DNA of 51,703 nucleotides from Tannerellaceae bacterium (GCA_963605145.1 CAVCTP010000001.1:1-51703), one strand, 5' to 3'. Positions 8,758 to 19,014 are shown, counted from the stretch's first letter. Notes: generated by a model from the sequence alone, not told the origin. Program-made: numbers and translations.

Positions 8758-9162
8758 CTATAACCTATTTAACAATTTCTGTAGTACTTTCTTTCTGGTG
8801 ATAATACCCATCAAAATATTTCTATCATCTACTACTGGAACAAAGTTTTGTTCGGTAATCATGTTTGCTACATCATCAAATGTTGTATCTACTTTAATGG
8901 AAGGAGTATAGGTTTTTCTAATTATTTCATCAATATAGATATCAGATAATGATTCTAAATCACAATCTTCATCCATTAAACAATATAATAAATCTCCTTC
9001 AGTAATAGTTCCAACATATTCGCCAGTTTTAGAAATTACTGGTATAGCCATATATCCATGGGCTCTCATCTTCTCTAAAGCCTGTCTAACTGTCATAGTA
9101 TTTTGTATACATGCTAAGTCAGTTTTAGGTGTTAATAGTAATAAAATATTATCTTTCTGCAT
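8758..9162 (-). CDS. CBS-pair domain protein
   Basis: 134 aa with two CBS-like repeats: AIPVISKTGEYVGTITEGDLL and FVPVVDDRNILMGIITRKKVL. Confidence 0.8.
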   Translation of the reverse strand: MQKDNILLLLTPKTDLACIQNTMTVRQALEKMRAHGYMAIPVISKTGEYVGTITEGDLLYCLMDEDCDLESLSDIYIDEIIRKTYTPSIKVDTTFDDVANMITEQNFVPVVDDRNILMGIITRKKVLQKLLNRL

Positions 9163-9202
9163 ACTTATATTCTAATCTTCTAAAGTGAAAAGTGTGTGAA
9201 TA

Positions 9203-10573
9203 CTATTCTAATGACTTATCCTCTTCTTCTAAACGATCTTCATCTAAATAATATTTCTTATCACTTAGAATTTGATCTTTTAACATCCAAATCAAAATAC
9301 AGTTTGGTATACACATTGCTGCATTTAATATATCAGCCACCTTCCATACTGTACCTTCAGTAATTACTACGCCCAAGAATATAACGATAATCCATAAAAC
9401 GCGATATGGGATAATAGCCTTATTACCAAATAGATAACGAACAGCATTTTCACCATAATATGACCAACCTAAAATTGTGGAATAAGCAAATGTTAAGATA
9501 CCAAATATTAATAATGGTGTACCAATATAAGAAATTTGGCCAAATACTTTAGATACTAATAAAGCACCAGTTTGAATTGAGCCATCAGCTAAACTAATTG
9601 AATCATTGCCGATGATACTAGAAACCAATACAAGACCTGTCATTAAACAAATAATGATGGTATCCCAGAACACACCAGTTGATCCAACCAATGCTGGTTT
9701 AACAGCATTCTTGGCAACACCAGCTGCGCTTGCTTGAGGAGCACTGCCCATACCTGCTTCATTAGAGAATAGGCCTCTACTAATTCCTGCTGACATAACT
9801 TGTCTTATAGTTAAGCCCGCAAAGCCACCCATTATAGCTTTACCAGTAAAAGCAGATTGAATAATTACTGAAAAAGTTTGTGGTAAATATTTACCATTGA
9901 TAATCAAAATAATAAGACAACCTATAACATAGACAATGCCCATAATAGGAACTAGTTTTTCACAAACTCTAGCAATAGATTTAACACCACCAAATACAAC
10001 TAAAGCGGTTAATATACAAAGCACAATTCCGGTAATATAGGTACTAATACCAAAATTATCCATTAATGAATCAGCAATTGCTCCAGATTGAGTAGCACAG
10101 CCTATACCAAAGGCAGCGATAGCACAAAAGATTGCATATAACTTAGCCATGGTAGGCTTTTGAAGTTTTTCAAAAGCAATCATAGCACCACCAATATATT
10201 TGCCTTCTTTATCTTTTTTACGATATTTAACCGCAATATATGTTTCCGCATATTTAGTAGCTATACCAAATAAGCCACCCATCCAAATCCAAAATACAGC
10301 ACCAGGTCCACCAGCTACTACGGCTGTACCAACGCCTATGATATTACCTGTACCAATAGTGGAACTTAAGGCTGTCATTAAGGCACCAAATATTGATAAC
10401 TCACCTTTGTTTGAACCATCTTTTCTTATTGAGATGTTTATTCCTTTAAATGTATATCTTTGCACAAAGGAAGTCTTAAATGTCATATATATACCTGTAC
10501 CAAGCAAAAAGGCTATCATGGCAGGCCCCCACATAATATCATCAATTTTACTTATTATTTCACTTATCCCCAT
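9203..10573 (-). CDS. Alanine/glycine:cation symporter (AGCS family amino-acid carrier)
   Basis: GGPGAVFWIWMGGLFG and FSNEAGMGSAP motifs. Polytopic membrane protein. Confidence 0.9.
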   Translation of the reverse strand: MGISEIISKIDDIMWGPAMIAFLLGTGIYMTFKTSFVQRYTFKGINISIRKDGSNKGELSIFGALMTALSSTIGTGNIIGVGTAVVAGGPGAVFWIWMGGLFGIATKYAETYIAVKYRKKDKEGKYIGGAMIAFEKLQKPTMAKLYAIFCAIAAFGIGCATQSGAIADSLMDNFGISTYITGIVLCILTALVVFGGVKSIARVCEKLVPIMGIVYVIGCLIILIINGKYLPQTFSVIIQSAFTGKAIMGGFAGLTIRQVMSAGISRGLFSNEAGMGSAPQASAAGVAKNAVKPALVGSTGVFWDTIIICLMTGLVLVSSIIGNDSISLADGSIQTGALLVSKVFGQISYIGTPLLIFGILTFAYSTILGWSYYGENAVRYLFGNKAIIPYRVLWIIVIFLGVVITEGTVWKVADILNAAMCIPNCILIWMLKDQILSDKKYYLDEDRLEEEDKSLE

Positions 10574-10603
10574 AAATTACTTCCTTTCCAATCTAAATAA
10601 AAC

Positions 10604-11464
10604 TTATACTAATTCTACCTTAACTTCTTTTTGATAAGCAAATACTTTATCCTTATTTGGAGGCTTTGTACCACTAGTTTCAACACTGGCACAAGACGCC
10701 GCAATCGCTAAAGAGATTGTATTCTTAATATCATAATTATTTAACTTACTATAAGCAAAGCTAGCAACCATAGCATCTCCTGCTCCTACCGCACTAGCAT
10801 ATTTAACATCTAAGGCTTTAGCCTTATAAACCTTATCCTTATTAATAAATAAAGCCCCATCCTTACCTAAAGATATACAAATTAAATCCATATTTAATTC
10901 TTTACATTTTTTAGTTACTACCTTTTCATCATAATCAATATTAAATAATCTACTTATTTCATCTTTATTAGGTTTAATAATATTAGGACAACCCTTAATA
11001 CCCTCAACTAATAAATCCTTATCAGCATCTAATATTACATAATTATTATTCTTCTTTAATAATTTAACTAAATCATAATAGATATTTACATTTGAACTAC
11101 CAGAAATTACGACAATTTCATTTTTAAATTGTTTTAAATAATTTATTAGATTGTTTATATCTTCTTTAATAGGAGTAGGTCCCTTTTCATTTTCTTCAAT
11201 TAATTCATTATTAATAATTCTTTTGGTATTAGTTCTAATAGCGCCTTCAATTTCAATAAAATGATGTTTAATATCCAATTCATCTAATTTATCATAAATG
11301 ATATTTTTATTATCTTTGCCAATAAAACCAGTGCAGATACTATCTACACCAAGACTTTTTAATACTTTAGATACATTAATACCCTTGCCACCAATATCAA
11401 AAATTGTATTATTATCTTTTATTGTTTTATCGATTGCGGGATTACAAGTAATTGTTATGATCAT
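10604..11464 (-). CDS. PfkB-family sugar kinase (1-phosphofructokinase / tagatose-6-phosphate kinase-like)
   Basis: GGKGINVS near the N-terminus and VGAGDAMVASF near the C-terminus. ATGA overlap with the upstream gene. Confidence 0.8.
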   Translation of the reverse strand: MIITITCNPAIDKTIKDNNTIFDIGGKGINVSKVLKSLGVDSICTGFIGKDNKNIIYDKLDELDIKHHFIEIEGAIRTNTKRIINNELIEENEKGPTPIKEDINNLINYLKQFKNEIVVISGSSNVNIYYDLVKLLKKNNNYVILDADKDLLVEGIKGCPNIIKPNKDEISRLFNIDYDEKVVTKKCKELNMDLICISLGKDGALFINKDKVYKAKALDVKYASAVGAGDAMVASFAYSKLNNYDIKNTISLAIAASCASVETSGTKPPNKDKVFAYQKEVKVELV

Positions 11465-12117
11465 AGATGTAAAGAGAAACTAATTAATATTTGGCCTAAA
11501 AAATATAATAAGGAATATACTGGATGCATCCATGATTCACCTCTAGAGAAATTATCTAAGATTAAGATACAATCGCTAGATACAAATAATAATGCGCCTA
11601 ACATAAATACTAAATTAGAACTTGATTTATATGTTATATAAACACCTACCGCAAAACATGCCATCATAACAATCATGATGCAATAAACAATACCAACATA
11701 TCTTATAGGTTTAGGAATACGGCAAGCATTGTCCATAATCATAAAGAGCATTGCCCCAAGTATGACCGCAAAGATAATACATTCAATACGATAATCATTA
11801 TTTATTAAGAATAAGGCTCTTATATAGGTAATATGGCCAAATAAAAAAGCAATTGCTCCAGCGAAAAACATTACATTTTTTAATAAAAGATTTCTTAAAG
11901 CTAAGAACAAATCACCTATTCCATCTAAGACTAATCCTATAAGAATATAATATTTAAAAGTACTAGGGTTCTCTTTATTTGCCATATAAGCAATTAAAAT
12001 AAAGCACATTGCCGCAAGACACTTGGCAATTAAACCTATTAAATATCTTTTTCTTTTCTTACAACTGATATAAACAATATCAAATAATAAGCATAAACAC
12101 ATTAATAAATATTTCAT
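11461..12117 (-). CDS. YhhN-family (lysoplasmalogenase-like) membrane protein
   Basis: Polytopic, with a GDLFLAL motif. I moved the start to the ATG at 12117 because the track's TTG at 12150 lies inside the leuS terminator stem. Confidence 0.6.
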   Translation of the reverse strand: MKYLLMCLCLLFDIVYISCKKRKRYLIGLIAKCLAAMCFILIAYMANKENPSTFKYYILIGLVLDGIGDLFLALRNLLLKNVMFFAGAIAFLFGHITYIRALFLINNDYRIECIIFAVILGAMLFMIMDNACRIPKPIRYVGIVYCIMIVMMACFAVGVYITYKSSSNLVFMLGALLFVSSDCILILDNFSRGESWMHPVYSLLYFLGQILISFSLHL

Positions 12118-12133
12118 AAAACCATCATAACAT

Positions 12134-12159
12134 AAAAAGAAGCTCCACAAGGAAGCTTC
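12134..12159 (-). terminator. Intrinsic terminator after leuS
   Basis: Minus strand: GAAGCTTCC-ttgt-GGAGCTTC followed by TTTTTAT. Confidence 0.8.
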
Positions 12160-14558
12160 TAGATAACAATATTAACCATCTTGCCTTTAATGACAAAGTG
12201 TTTTTTAATTTCTTTGCCATCAATGAATTTAATGACATTCTCTTGTTTTAAAGCTGTTTCATATAATTTGTCATCACTTTCATCAACATCGCAAATAAAC
12301 TTAGCTCTTAATTTACCATTTACTTGAACAACTACTTCTTTTTGAGCACTAACTAATTTGCTTTCATCATATGTTGGCCAAGTTCTATATGCTAAATCAG
12401 TCTTGCCACTTAATATTTCATACATTTCATTACATACATGTGGGGCAAATACTGATAACATTTGGACAAAGTTAAGGGCATATTCTTTATATACCTTATC
12501 CACTTTGTAACATTCATTGATGAATATCATCATTTGTGAGATAGCGGTATTAAGTTTTAATTCCTCAATGTCTTCACTAACTTTCTTAACTGTAGCATTA
12601 TATACAAAGTCTAATGAGCCATCATTGTTGTCAGATAATTTATCTTTTTGTTCGATAAATAATCTCCATACTCTTTCTAACCATCTATGAGCACCTTCAA
12701 GTCCTTGAGTTGACCAAGGTTTATCAGCTTCTAGTGGGCCCATAAACATTTCATATAATCTTAAAGTATCAGCACCATAATCTCTAACAATATCACTAGG
12801 ATTTACAACATATTTAGGATATCTCTTGCCCATCTTAATGCCATTAGCACCTAAGATATAACCTTGGTGTACTAATTTCTTAAATGGTTCAGCAACCGGT
12901 ACTAAGCCTTTATCGTATAGATAATTGTTCCACATACGCGAATATAGTAAGTGTCCTACTGCATGTTCTGGACCACCGATATATAAATCTACTGGCATCC
13001 AATGTTCTAGTAATTTATAATCCGCAAATTCCTTATCATTTTTAGGATCAATATAACGTAAGAAATACCAAGAAGAGCCAGCAGAACCAGGCATAGTTGA
13101 AGTTTCACGCTTACATTTCTTACCATGATATTCAATATTAACCCAATCAGTTGCTTTATCTAATGGAGCGCCTGTCTTTGATGGTCCATAATCCTCTAGT
13201 TCAGGAAGAATTAAAGGTAGATCTTCATCATCTAATACACCAACTGTACCATCTTCATAATAGATAACAGGAATTGGTTCACCCCAATATCTTTGTCTAG
13301 CGAATATCCATTCTCTTAATTTATAGTTAATCTTCTTCTTACCAATTTTTCTTTCTTCTAACCATTCAATCATCTTATTAATGGCATCTTCTTTATTTAA
13401 ACCATTAAGGAAACCAGAATTAATATGAGTGCCATCTTGTGTCCATGCTTTTTCACTAATATCGCCACCTTCTAATACTTGAATGATTTCAATATTAAAT
13501 TTCTTAGCGAATTCATAGTCTCTATCATCATGGGCAGGAACAGCCATGATAGCACCACTGCCATATGACATTAATACATAGTCTGAAATCCAAATAGGAA
13601 TCAACTTATCATTAACAGGATTAATCGCATAAGCACCAGTAAATACACCAGTCTTATCCTTATTTAATTCTGTTCTTTCCATATCAGACTTACTAGCGCA
13701 AAGTTTCTTATAATCTTCAACATCTTGTTTCTTATCAGCAGTTGTAATCTTATCAACTAATGGATGTTCAGGTGATAATACACAATATGTAGCACCAAAT
13801 AAGGTATCACATCTTGTGGTGAAGACAGTGAAACTCTCATCACTATCATTTACTTTAAATTTAACTTCGGCACCAATAGATTTACCTATCCAGTTTCTTT
13901 GCATATCTTTAGTTGAATCTGGCCAATCAATAGTATCAAGCCCAGCAAGCAACTTCTCCGCAAAAGCAGGTATATCAATAATCCATTGTTTCATATTCTT
14001 ACGAATAACAGGATATGAACCTCTTTCTGACTTACCATCTATTACTTCATCATTGGCAAGTACACAGCCTAATTCTTCACACCAGTTAACTGGCATTTCA
14101 ATGCATCTAGCATAACCATCTAAGAATAATTGTTTAAATATCCATTGCGTCCACTTATAAAATGAAGGATCAGATGTAGAAACAACTCTTGACCAATCAT
14201 ATGAAAAACCTAAACCTTTTAATTGTTCAGTAAAGTGTTCAATATTTCTATTAGTAAAACCAGCTGGATGATTACCAGTTGAAATAGCATATTGTTCAGC
14301 AGGTAAACCGAAGGAATCAAAGCCCATTGGATGTAAAACATTGAAACCCTTCATACGTTTATATCTACTAATAACATCAGTTGCAGTGTAGCCTTCTGGA
14401 TGGCCAGCATGTAGTCCTACACCTGATGGATAAGGAAACATATCTAATACATAATATTTAGGTTTAGAAAAATCATTAATATCAGTTTTAAATGTTTCAT
14501 TCTTTTCCCAAAAATCTTGCCACTTCTTTTCAATTGCTTTGTAGTCAAATGCGCTCAT
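12159..14558 (-). CDS. leuS: Leucyl-tRNA synthetase
   Basis: HAGHPEGY (HIGH motif), KMGKR (KMSKS variant), and the full class Ia architecture. Start is the ATG at 14558 with SD GGAGGG. The track's TTG extension lies in the T-box terminator. Confidence 0.97.
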   Translation of the reverse strand: MSAFDYKAIEKKWQDFWEKNETFKTDINDFSKPKYYVLDMFPYPSGVGLHAGHPEGYTATDVISRYKRMKGFNVLHPMGFDSFGLPAEQYAISTGNHPAGFTNRNIEHFTEQLKGLGFSYDWSRVVSTSDPSFYKWTQWIFKQLFLDGYARCIEMPVNWCEELGCVLANDEVIDGKSERGSYPVIRKNMKQWIIDIPAFAEKLLAGLDTIDWPDSTKDMQRNWIGKSIGAEVKFKVNDSDESFTVFTTRCDTLFGATYCVLSPEHPLVDKITTADKKQDVEDYKKLCASKSDMERTELNKDKTGVFTGAYAINPVNDKLIPIWISDYVLMSYGSGAIMAVPAHDDRDYEFAKKFNIEIIQVLEGGDISEKAWTQDGTHINSGFLNGLNKEDAINKMIEWLEERKIGKKKINYKLREWIFARQRYWGEPIPVIYYEDGTVGVLDDEDLPLILPELEDYGPSKTGAPLDKATDWVNIEYHGKKCKRETSTMPGSAGSSWYFLRYIDPKNDKEFADYKLLEHWMPVDLYIGGPEHAVGHLLYSRMWNNYLYDKGLVPVAEPFKKLVHQGYILGANGIKMGKRYPKYVVNPSDIVRDYGADTLRLYEMFMGPLEADKPWSTQGLEGAHRWLERVWRLFIEQKDKLSDNNDGSLDFVYNATVKKVSEDIEELKLNTAISQMMIFINECYKVDKVYKEYALNFVQMLSVFAPHVCNEMYEILSGKTDLAYRTWPTYDESKLVSAQKEVVVQVNGKLRAKFICDVDESDDKLYETALKQENVIKFIDGKEIKKHFVIKGKMVNIVI

Positions 14559-14720
14559 AAATCCCTCCAAAAATAAAAGGTAGCACAAGGGCGTAAATAC
14601 GCGGTACCACCTTATTTTTTAACTTAAGCTCTTAACGCGAGTAACGATTAACCCTCTGTTAAACAAGTTCATTATTCTTTTTAACTGATTTGCACCAAAC
14701 ATCAGTTCTCTAAATAAATC
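14559..14720 (-). promoter_or_regulatory. T-box leader (tRNA-Leu responsive transcription attenuator) of leuS
   Basis: Minus strand: exact T-box core GGTGGTACCGCG (14611-14600). AGAGA (14711-14707) is followed by the hairpin ACTGAT-gtttGGTGCAA-ATCAGT. Candidate specifier GAA-CUU-G (CUU at 14667-14665). Downstream stem GGTACCGCG.../...GTGCTACC followed by TTTTATTTTT. Confidence 0.8.
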
Positions 14721-14761
14721 AAATAATTACTACTTTTAACGATTACTTTTTTATTTTACAA

Positions 14762-16135
14762 CTAATCTATTGCTGATGCTATACCAGATTTACCATAACC
14801 ATATACATCTTGATTCTTATATACGGCATATAAGGTAAATATAAGCATTACAGATTCTGTTACTAAGTAACTATACCAAACTCCATCAATACCAAATATA
14901 AGTGGCAATACAATAACTGAAATATTAGATAAAACAACGTTTTCAATCATTGACAATATTGTTGAAGCCTTATAGTTAGATAAAGCAGCTAACAATTCTT
15001 GAACTATTAAATTATAAGCAAATATAAACAAGGCAAATGGTGATATAGCCATACCATAATAAATCATATGTTGCATATTGCTTTGAGTTGAATTCATTAA
15101 ATATAAAGATATTAATGGTTTCTTACAAACTGTATAAAGTAAGAATATACATACTGATAAACCAGTAGTTACAATAATAATTTGTTTTAATGTCTTAACT
15201 AACTTTTTCTTATTCTTTTCGCCATAAGCATATGAAGCAATTGGACAAACTGTGCCTAATAAGCCAAAATAAGAATTCATAAACATAAATTGAATATTAT
15301 TAACAATTGTTTGTGCTGCCACACCATCTTCCATAGCATAATGTAACATTACAATATTAGATACATAACTATTTAAAGAAATAGCTAAAGATGTTAAAGC
15401 AGATGACTTACCTAAATTGAATATTTCAATAAATAATTCAAATGGTTTTTCAACAAAGCTAGATAAATGTAATTCTCTATTTTTATTAAGATAGAATATA
15501 AAACCAATAATGGCAACTACCGCATTACTAATTAAGTTTGTATAAGCCGCACCAACAATGCCTACTTGTAACTTAACAATAAATAACCAGTCAAAGAAGA
15601 AGTTTAAGAAAGTACTTAAAACGGTAACAAAAACATTCATCTTTGGTTTTCCAGCTACAATATACGCTCTATTAAATATTTGAACAACTAAAATTAATGG
15701 AATATAGAAACGTGATACATTCATATATGCTAATGCATAATCCATTAAAACATCGGTTGCACCTAAGATAGTTAATATCTGTCTTCTAAACAAAGTTAGA
15801 ATAAGAGTTAAAATGCAGCCAATAAAGAAAGTAATACCAATCATTGTGGTAAATGAGCGGTTAGCTTCTTCATTTTTCTTCTCCCCCATTAAGATTGAAC
15901 ATTTAGTCACAATACAACCTAGAAGCATTGCCACTGCATCCACAACCATAAACCAAGGCATAGCGATGGAAAATGCTGCTAAAGCATTAGTTCCACAATA
16001 TCTCGAAAGAAATAAGCTATCATCAAGTGTTGCTAGTAATGAAGTAAATAACCTTGATATGACTGGTCCTAAAGAGAACTTAATCATTCCCCCAATTGTG
16101 TAATCTTTACCAATAGTATTTATTTTTTCGCTCAT
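14762..16135 (-). CDS. MATE-family efflux transporter
   Basis: 12-TM-like protein. The N-terminus KDYTIGGMIKFSLGPVISRLF is typical of MATE. The start is uncertain (ATG at 16135 or 16144; the track's TTG at 16165 is unlikely). Confidence 0.75.
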   Translation of the reverse strand: MSEKINTIGKDYTIGGMIKFSLGPVISRLFTSLLATLDDSLFLSRYCGTNALAAFSIAMPWFMVVDAVAMLLGCIVTKCSILMGEKKNEEANRSFTTMIGITFFIGCILTLILTLFRRQILTILGATDVLMDYALAYMNVSRFYIPLILVVQIFNRAYIVAGKPKMNVFVTVLSTFLNFFFDWLFIVKLQVGIVGAAYTNLISNAVVAIIGFIFYLNKNRELHLSSFVEKPFELFIEIFNLGKSSALTSLAISLNSYVSNIVMLHYAMEDGVAAQTIVNNIQFMFMNSYFGLLGTVCPIASYAYGEKNKKKLVKTLKQIIIVTTGLSVCIFLLYTVCKKPLISLYLMNSTQSNMQHMIYYGMAISPFALFIFAYNLIVQELLAALSNYKASTILSMIENVVLSNISVIVLPLIFGIDGVWYSYLVTESVMLIFTLYAVYKNQDVYGYGKSGIASAID

Positions 16136-16194
16136 GTTCAACATTGTAGCACAACATATAAGCAAAAGAAAGGATTCAAAATGATGCTAACACC

Positions 16195-16755
16195 TTATTT
16201 ATCGTTTTTTATAATATAAGAAGCCATCTGATACATTGCATCATAACTAACATTTCCACTTATTGAATAAGAATAATTATTAAAATTAAAAATACATAAT
16301 ATATAACTATCATTTTCTTTAAAAGTAACATCTACCCCATCAATGCTTACAATTTTCTCATCATCATATTTATTAGAATCACCTGAAATATCATCATTTC
16401 CAAGAGCCTTACGATAAGTAATATCACCAATATTAATCTCTAATATTTCATTATCTATAACTATATAAGATATAGAATCAGTATTATCATTCATAAAACT
16501 AAAATCAAAGCCAACTGCATCACATGCTTCATTTAAAGAACTATATTCTACTAATGGATTGACAATAGTTACATTTTCATCTTCTTTTTTAATTAAATTT
16601 ATACTAATACAAGTCGCAAAAAGTAAAACAAAGAAAGCAGGAATATATTTAAATATAGAAAATGTTTTCTTTTCCTTAAATTCATTTGGCAAGGCTTCAG
16701 TTACATATTTATCATCTATATCATTAATAACTTTTAATAAATCCATATTTTTCAT
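16195..16755 (-). CDS. Putative single-pass anti-sigma factor; its extracytoplasmic domain is paralogous to the lipoprotein at 17302-17766
   Basis: Short cytoplasmic N-terminus, one TM (FSIFKYIPAFFVLLFATCISI), and an extracellular domain. ATGA overlap with the sigma gene. Confidence 0.6.
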   Translation of the reverse strand: MKNMDLLKVINDIDDKYVTEALPNEFKEKKTFSIFKYIPAFFVLLFATCISINLIKKEDENVTIVNPLVEYSSLNEACDAVGFDFSFMNDNTDSISYIVIDNEILEINIGDITYRKALGNDDISGDSNKYDDEKIVSIDGVDVTFKENDSYILCIFNFNNYSYSISGNVSYDAMYQMASYIIKNDK

Positions 16756-17312
16756 AAATTATATCCTTCACCTATTAAATAGGTTTTTAAATCATCTCTT
16801 GTTCTTTTTAAAGACATCTTGACTGCGCTATTACTTAATGAAAGTTGCTTAGCTATTTCTTCAATATTAAATAAATAAAAATATCTCTTAACAAAAATGA
16901 TTCGATTATTCTTACTAATATTGCTTAAAAAATCATTAATAGAATCTTTAAGCAAACTATAATCAATATATTCTCTTACATTATCTTTATCACCAATTAC
17001 ACCATTTAATTCGTCTAAGGCTAAATCAGTTTCAGTTCCCGATCTTTTCTCAGCACTATATTTTTCAAATAAATTTATAGAAATATTTCGACAAATCTTA
17101 CCTACATAAGTCCTTAAATTATTTGGTCTATTATCGGGAATTGAATTCCAAGTTTTAAGATATGTTTCATTAACACAATCCTTTGCATCTTCATAATCAA
17201 AGAGGATATTGTAAGCAATCTTGCCACAATATCCTTCATATTTAGATGCAGTCTCCTTAATTGCTGACTCATCCCTATTCCAATATAAATTTACAATATC
17301 TTTATCTTCCAT
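16752..17312 (-). CDS. ECF-type (sigma-70 family, regions 2 and 4) RNA polymerase sigma factor
   Basis: Region-2-like DAKDCVNETYLKTWNSI and region-4 HTH NIEEIAKQLSLSNSAVKMSLKRTRDDLK. Confidence 0.85.
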   Translation of the reverse strand: MEDKDIVNLYWNRDESAIKETASKYEGYCGKIAYNILFDYEDAKDCVNETYLKTWNSIPDNRPNNLRTYVGKICRNISINLFEKYSAEKRSGTETDLALDELNGVIGDKDNVREYIDYSLLKDSINDFLSNISKNNRIIFVKRYFYLFNIEEIAKQLSLSNSAVKMSLKRTRDDLKTYLIGEGYNL

Positions 17313-17766
17313 TATTGATTACATCACTAATAGCATCTAAACTTAAGCCATTATTTGTAGTTATAGAATAAGAATAATCATCTACAATAAATGTTACACA
17401 ATTATATGTATCACCACTACCTTTTAAAGTAACTTCGACATCATTAATATTTTCTGTTTTAGTAATTTCATAACTATTGAAGTCACCAGAATAATCTTCA
17501 CTACCTTTACCTTTTCTAAAAATAATATCATCGCCATATCTTACTTCAATAAGTTCATCATTCATTACTTGAATTAAAGTAATTGATTTGCCATCAAGAG
17601 TATCTGGTACATTAAATTCAAAACCAGTAATCTTTGATGCTTCATCTAACGAATCAACTTCAACCCACGGATTGGCGATTTGATTGTTTTCTTCTTTATT
17701 AGAAGAACAGCCAACTAAACTCATAACTACAAATAAACTTGCTAATAAAATAAATAATTTTTTCAT
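17302..17766 (-). CDS. Lipoprotein, paralogous to the anti-sigma ectodomain
   Basis: Signal peptide plus lipobox: MKKLFILLASLFVVMSLVGC-SS. SD AAGGAGA upstream of the ATG at 17766. 11-nt overlap with the sigma gene. Confidence 0.75.
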   Translation of the reverse strand: MKKLFILLASLFVVMSLVGCSSNKEENNQIANPWVEVDSLDEASKITGFEFNVPDTLDGKSITLIQVMNDELIEVRYGDDIIFRKGKGSEDYSGDFNSYEITKTENINDVEVTLKGSGDTYNCVTFIVDDYSYSITTNNGLSLDAISDVINNGR

Positions 17767-17838
17767 GTTTTTCTTTCTCCTTGTAAGTAACCTTACAAAC
17801 ATATAGACAAGAAATGATTATGTTTGGTCACAATAAAT

Positions 17839-19014
17839 TTAATCTGCCTTTAAACATATTTGACATGCAGCATCATTTATTGATTTTGGTAATTCTTGTA
17901 TACCATTTTTCAAATTAGAATTATGCTTAATTTCCTCTAAACTTAATAGTTGTAAAGCATAACCTAATTCCATAATTTCAATTGGATTTCCAGCACCTGA
18001 AGAAAGATTTAATGGATTAGCATTCTGCAACAAGAACAACTTTTTACCATCAACTATATATTCCATTACACCATCTTGCATTTTTTCTTTATGGGATGTT
18101 ATTTTTTCTAATCCTTTAACATCAATTTCCATATTATAATGACCAGCATTACAAAGAATTGCTCCATCTTTCATCATACGGATTTGTTTTTCACACATAA
18201 CATCAAATCTACCAGTTACTGTAACAACTACATCTGCCATTGGTAATAGTTCTTCTAATTCACCAACAATATGTCCTTCAATTTTTGCTTTTAATAATCG
18301 TAAAGGTTCTATGTCATAAACCATTGTAGATGCACCAAGCGCTCTAAAGCGTTGTGAAATACCTGTTCCACAATAACCATAGCCGATAATTAAAATTTTC
18401 TTGCCACCAACAAGCATACTGGTTGCTCTCATAAAACCATCAACTACCGATTGACCTACACCTGCTTCATTTTCAACAAGACGTTTAACAGGTGAATCAT
18501 CAATAACTAAAACTGGAAAATTAGGGACAATATTTTCTTTTTCCAAAATTAATTTTCCTGAACGAGTTTCTTCTATAGCTCCAATAGGTTTCCATTTATC
18601 TTTTTGATTCCAATATTGATGCATCAAACTAGCACCATTGTCCATTAATAAATCATAAGAATCTTCCATCGCAAGTGATACATAATGTTTTAAATCATCA
18701 ATCGTATCATCCTTTTTAGCCATAACTGTTACATTAGGTAAAGTGGCAACATAAGCTGCAGTATCTGGTTTAGTTGAACCAAGATTACCAATAAATACAA
18801 TTTTCTTAGCACCACCTGCCAATAATACTTCTGTTCTAACTGCGGCCTTTGGTTCACAATGCATGCATACCAAAAAAGATGTATCTTTAAATGGTTGTTC
18901 TTTTTCATATCGATTTTTAAAAAGTTGAAGAACTTTCATTTTTTCACGATACCATTTAACTCTAGCTTCTCCATCATGAACTAATTCAGGATTATCAATT
19001 ATTGTTTCTAACAT
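17839..19014 (-). CDS. ahcY: Adenosylhomocysteinase-like protein (AhcY/SAHH family, short divergent form)
   Basis: NAD-binding KKILIIGYGYCGTGISQRFRALGA. N-terminal HCEPKAAVRTEVLLAGGAKK...GNLGSTKPDTAAYVA resembles the SAHH substrate domain. Confidence 0.65.
   Translation of the reverse strand: MLETIIDNPELVHDGEARVKWYREKMKVLQLFKNRYEKEQPFKDTSFLVCMHCEPKAAVRTEVLLAGGAKKIVFIGNLGSTKPDTAAYVATLPNVTVMAKKDDTIDDLKHYVSLAMEDSYDLLMDNGASLMHQYWNQKDKWKPIGAIEETRSGKLILEKENIVPNFPVLVIDDSPVKRLVENEAGVGQSVVDGFMRATSMLVGGKKILIIGYGYCGTGISQRFRALGASTMVYDIEPLRLLKAKIEGHIVGELEELLPMADVVVTVTGRFDVMCEKQIRMMKDGAILCNAGHYNMEIDVKGLEKITSHKEKMQDGVMEYIVDGKKLFLLQNANPLNLSSGAGNPIEIMELGYALQLLSLEEIKHNSNLKNGIQELPKSINDAACQICLKAD

Noticed and set aside
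14559-14588. The longer leuS start (TTG at 14588), along with similar TTG/GTG or upstream starts offered by the track at 4679 (rplM), 12150 (YhhN-like), 16165 (MATE), 27672 (antitoxin), 32817 (hup), 48513 (hypothetical), 17802 (lipoprotein) and 25852 (ftsX).
   Set aside because: In each case the extension runs through a terminator or leader hairpin, or through the SD itself (for example TTGGAGGA...). A downstream ATG with proper SD spacing gives an N-terminus typical of the family.
17767-17838. A candidate ECF-type promoter, and a small palindrome TGTAAG-gtta-CTTACA next to the SD of the lipoprotein gene.
   Set aside because: I could not find a convincing AAC...CGT-type ECF -35/-10 pair. The 6-bp palindrome is short enough to arise by chance in AT-rich sequence.
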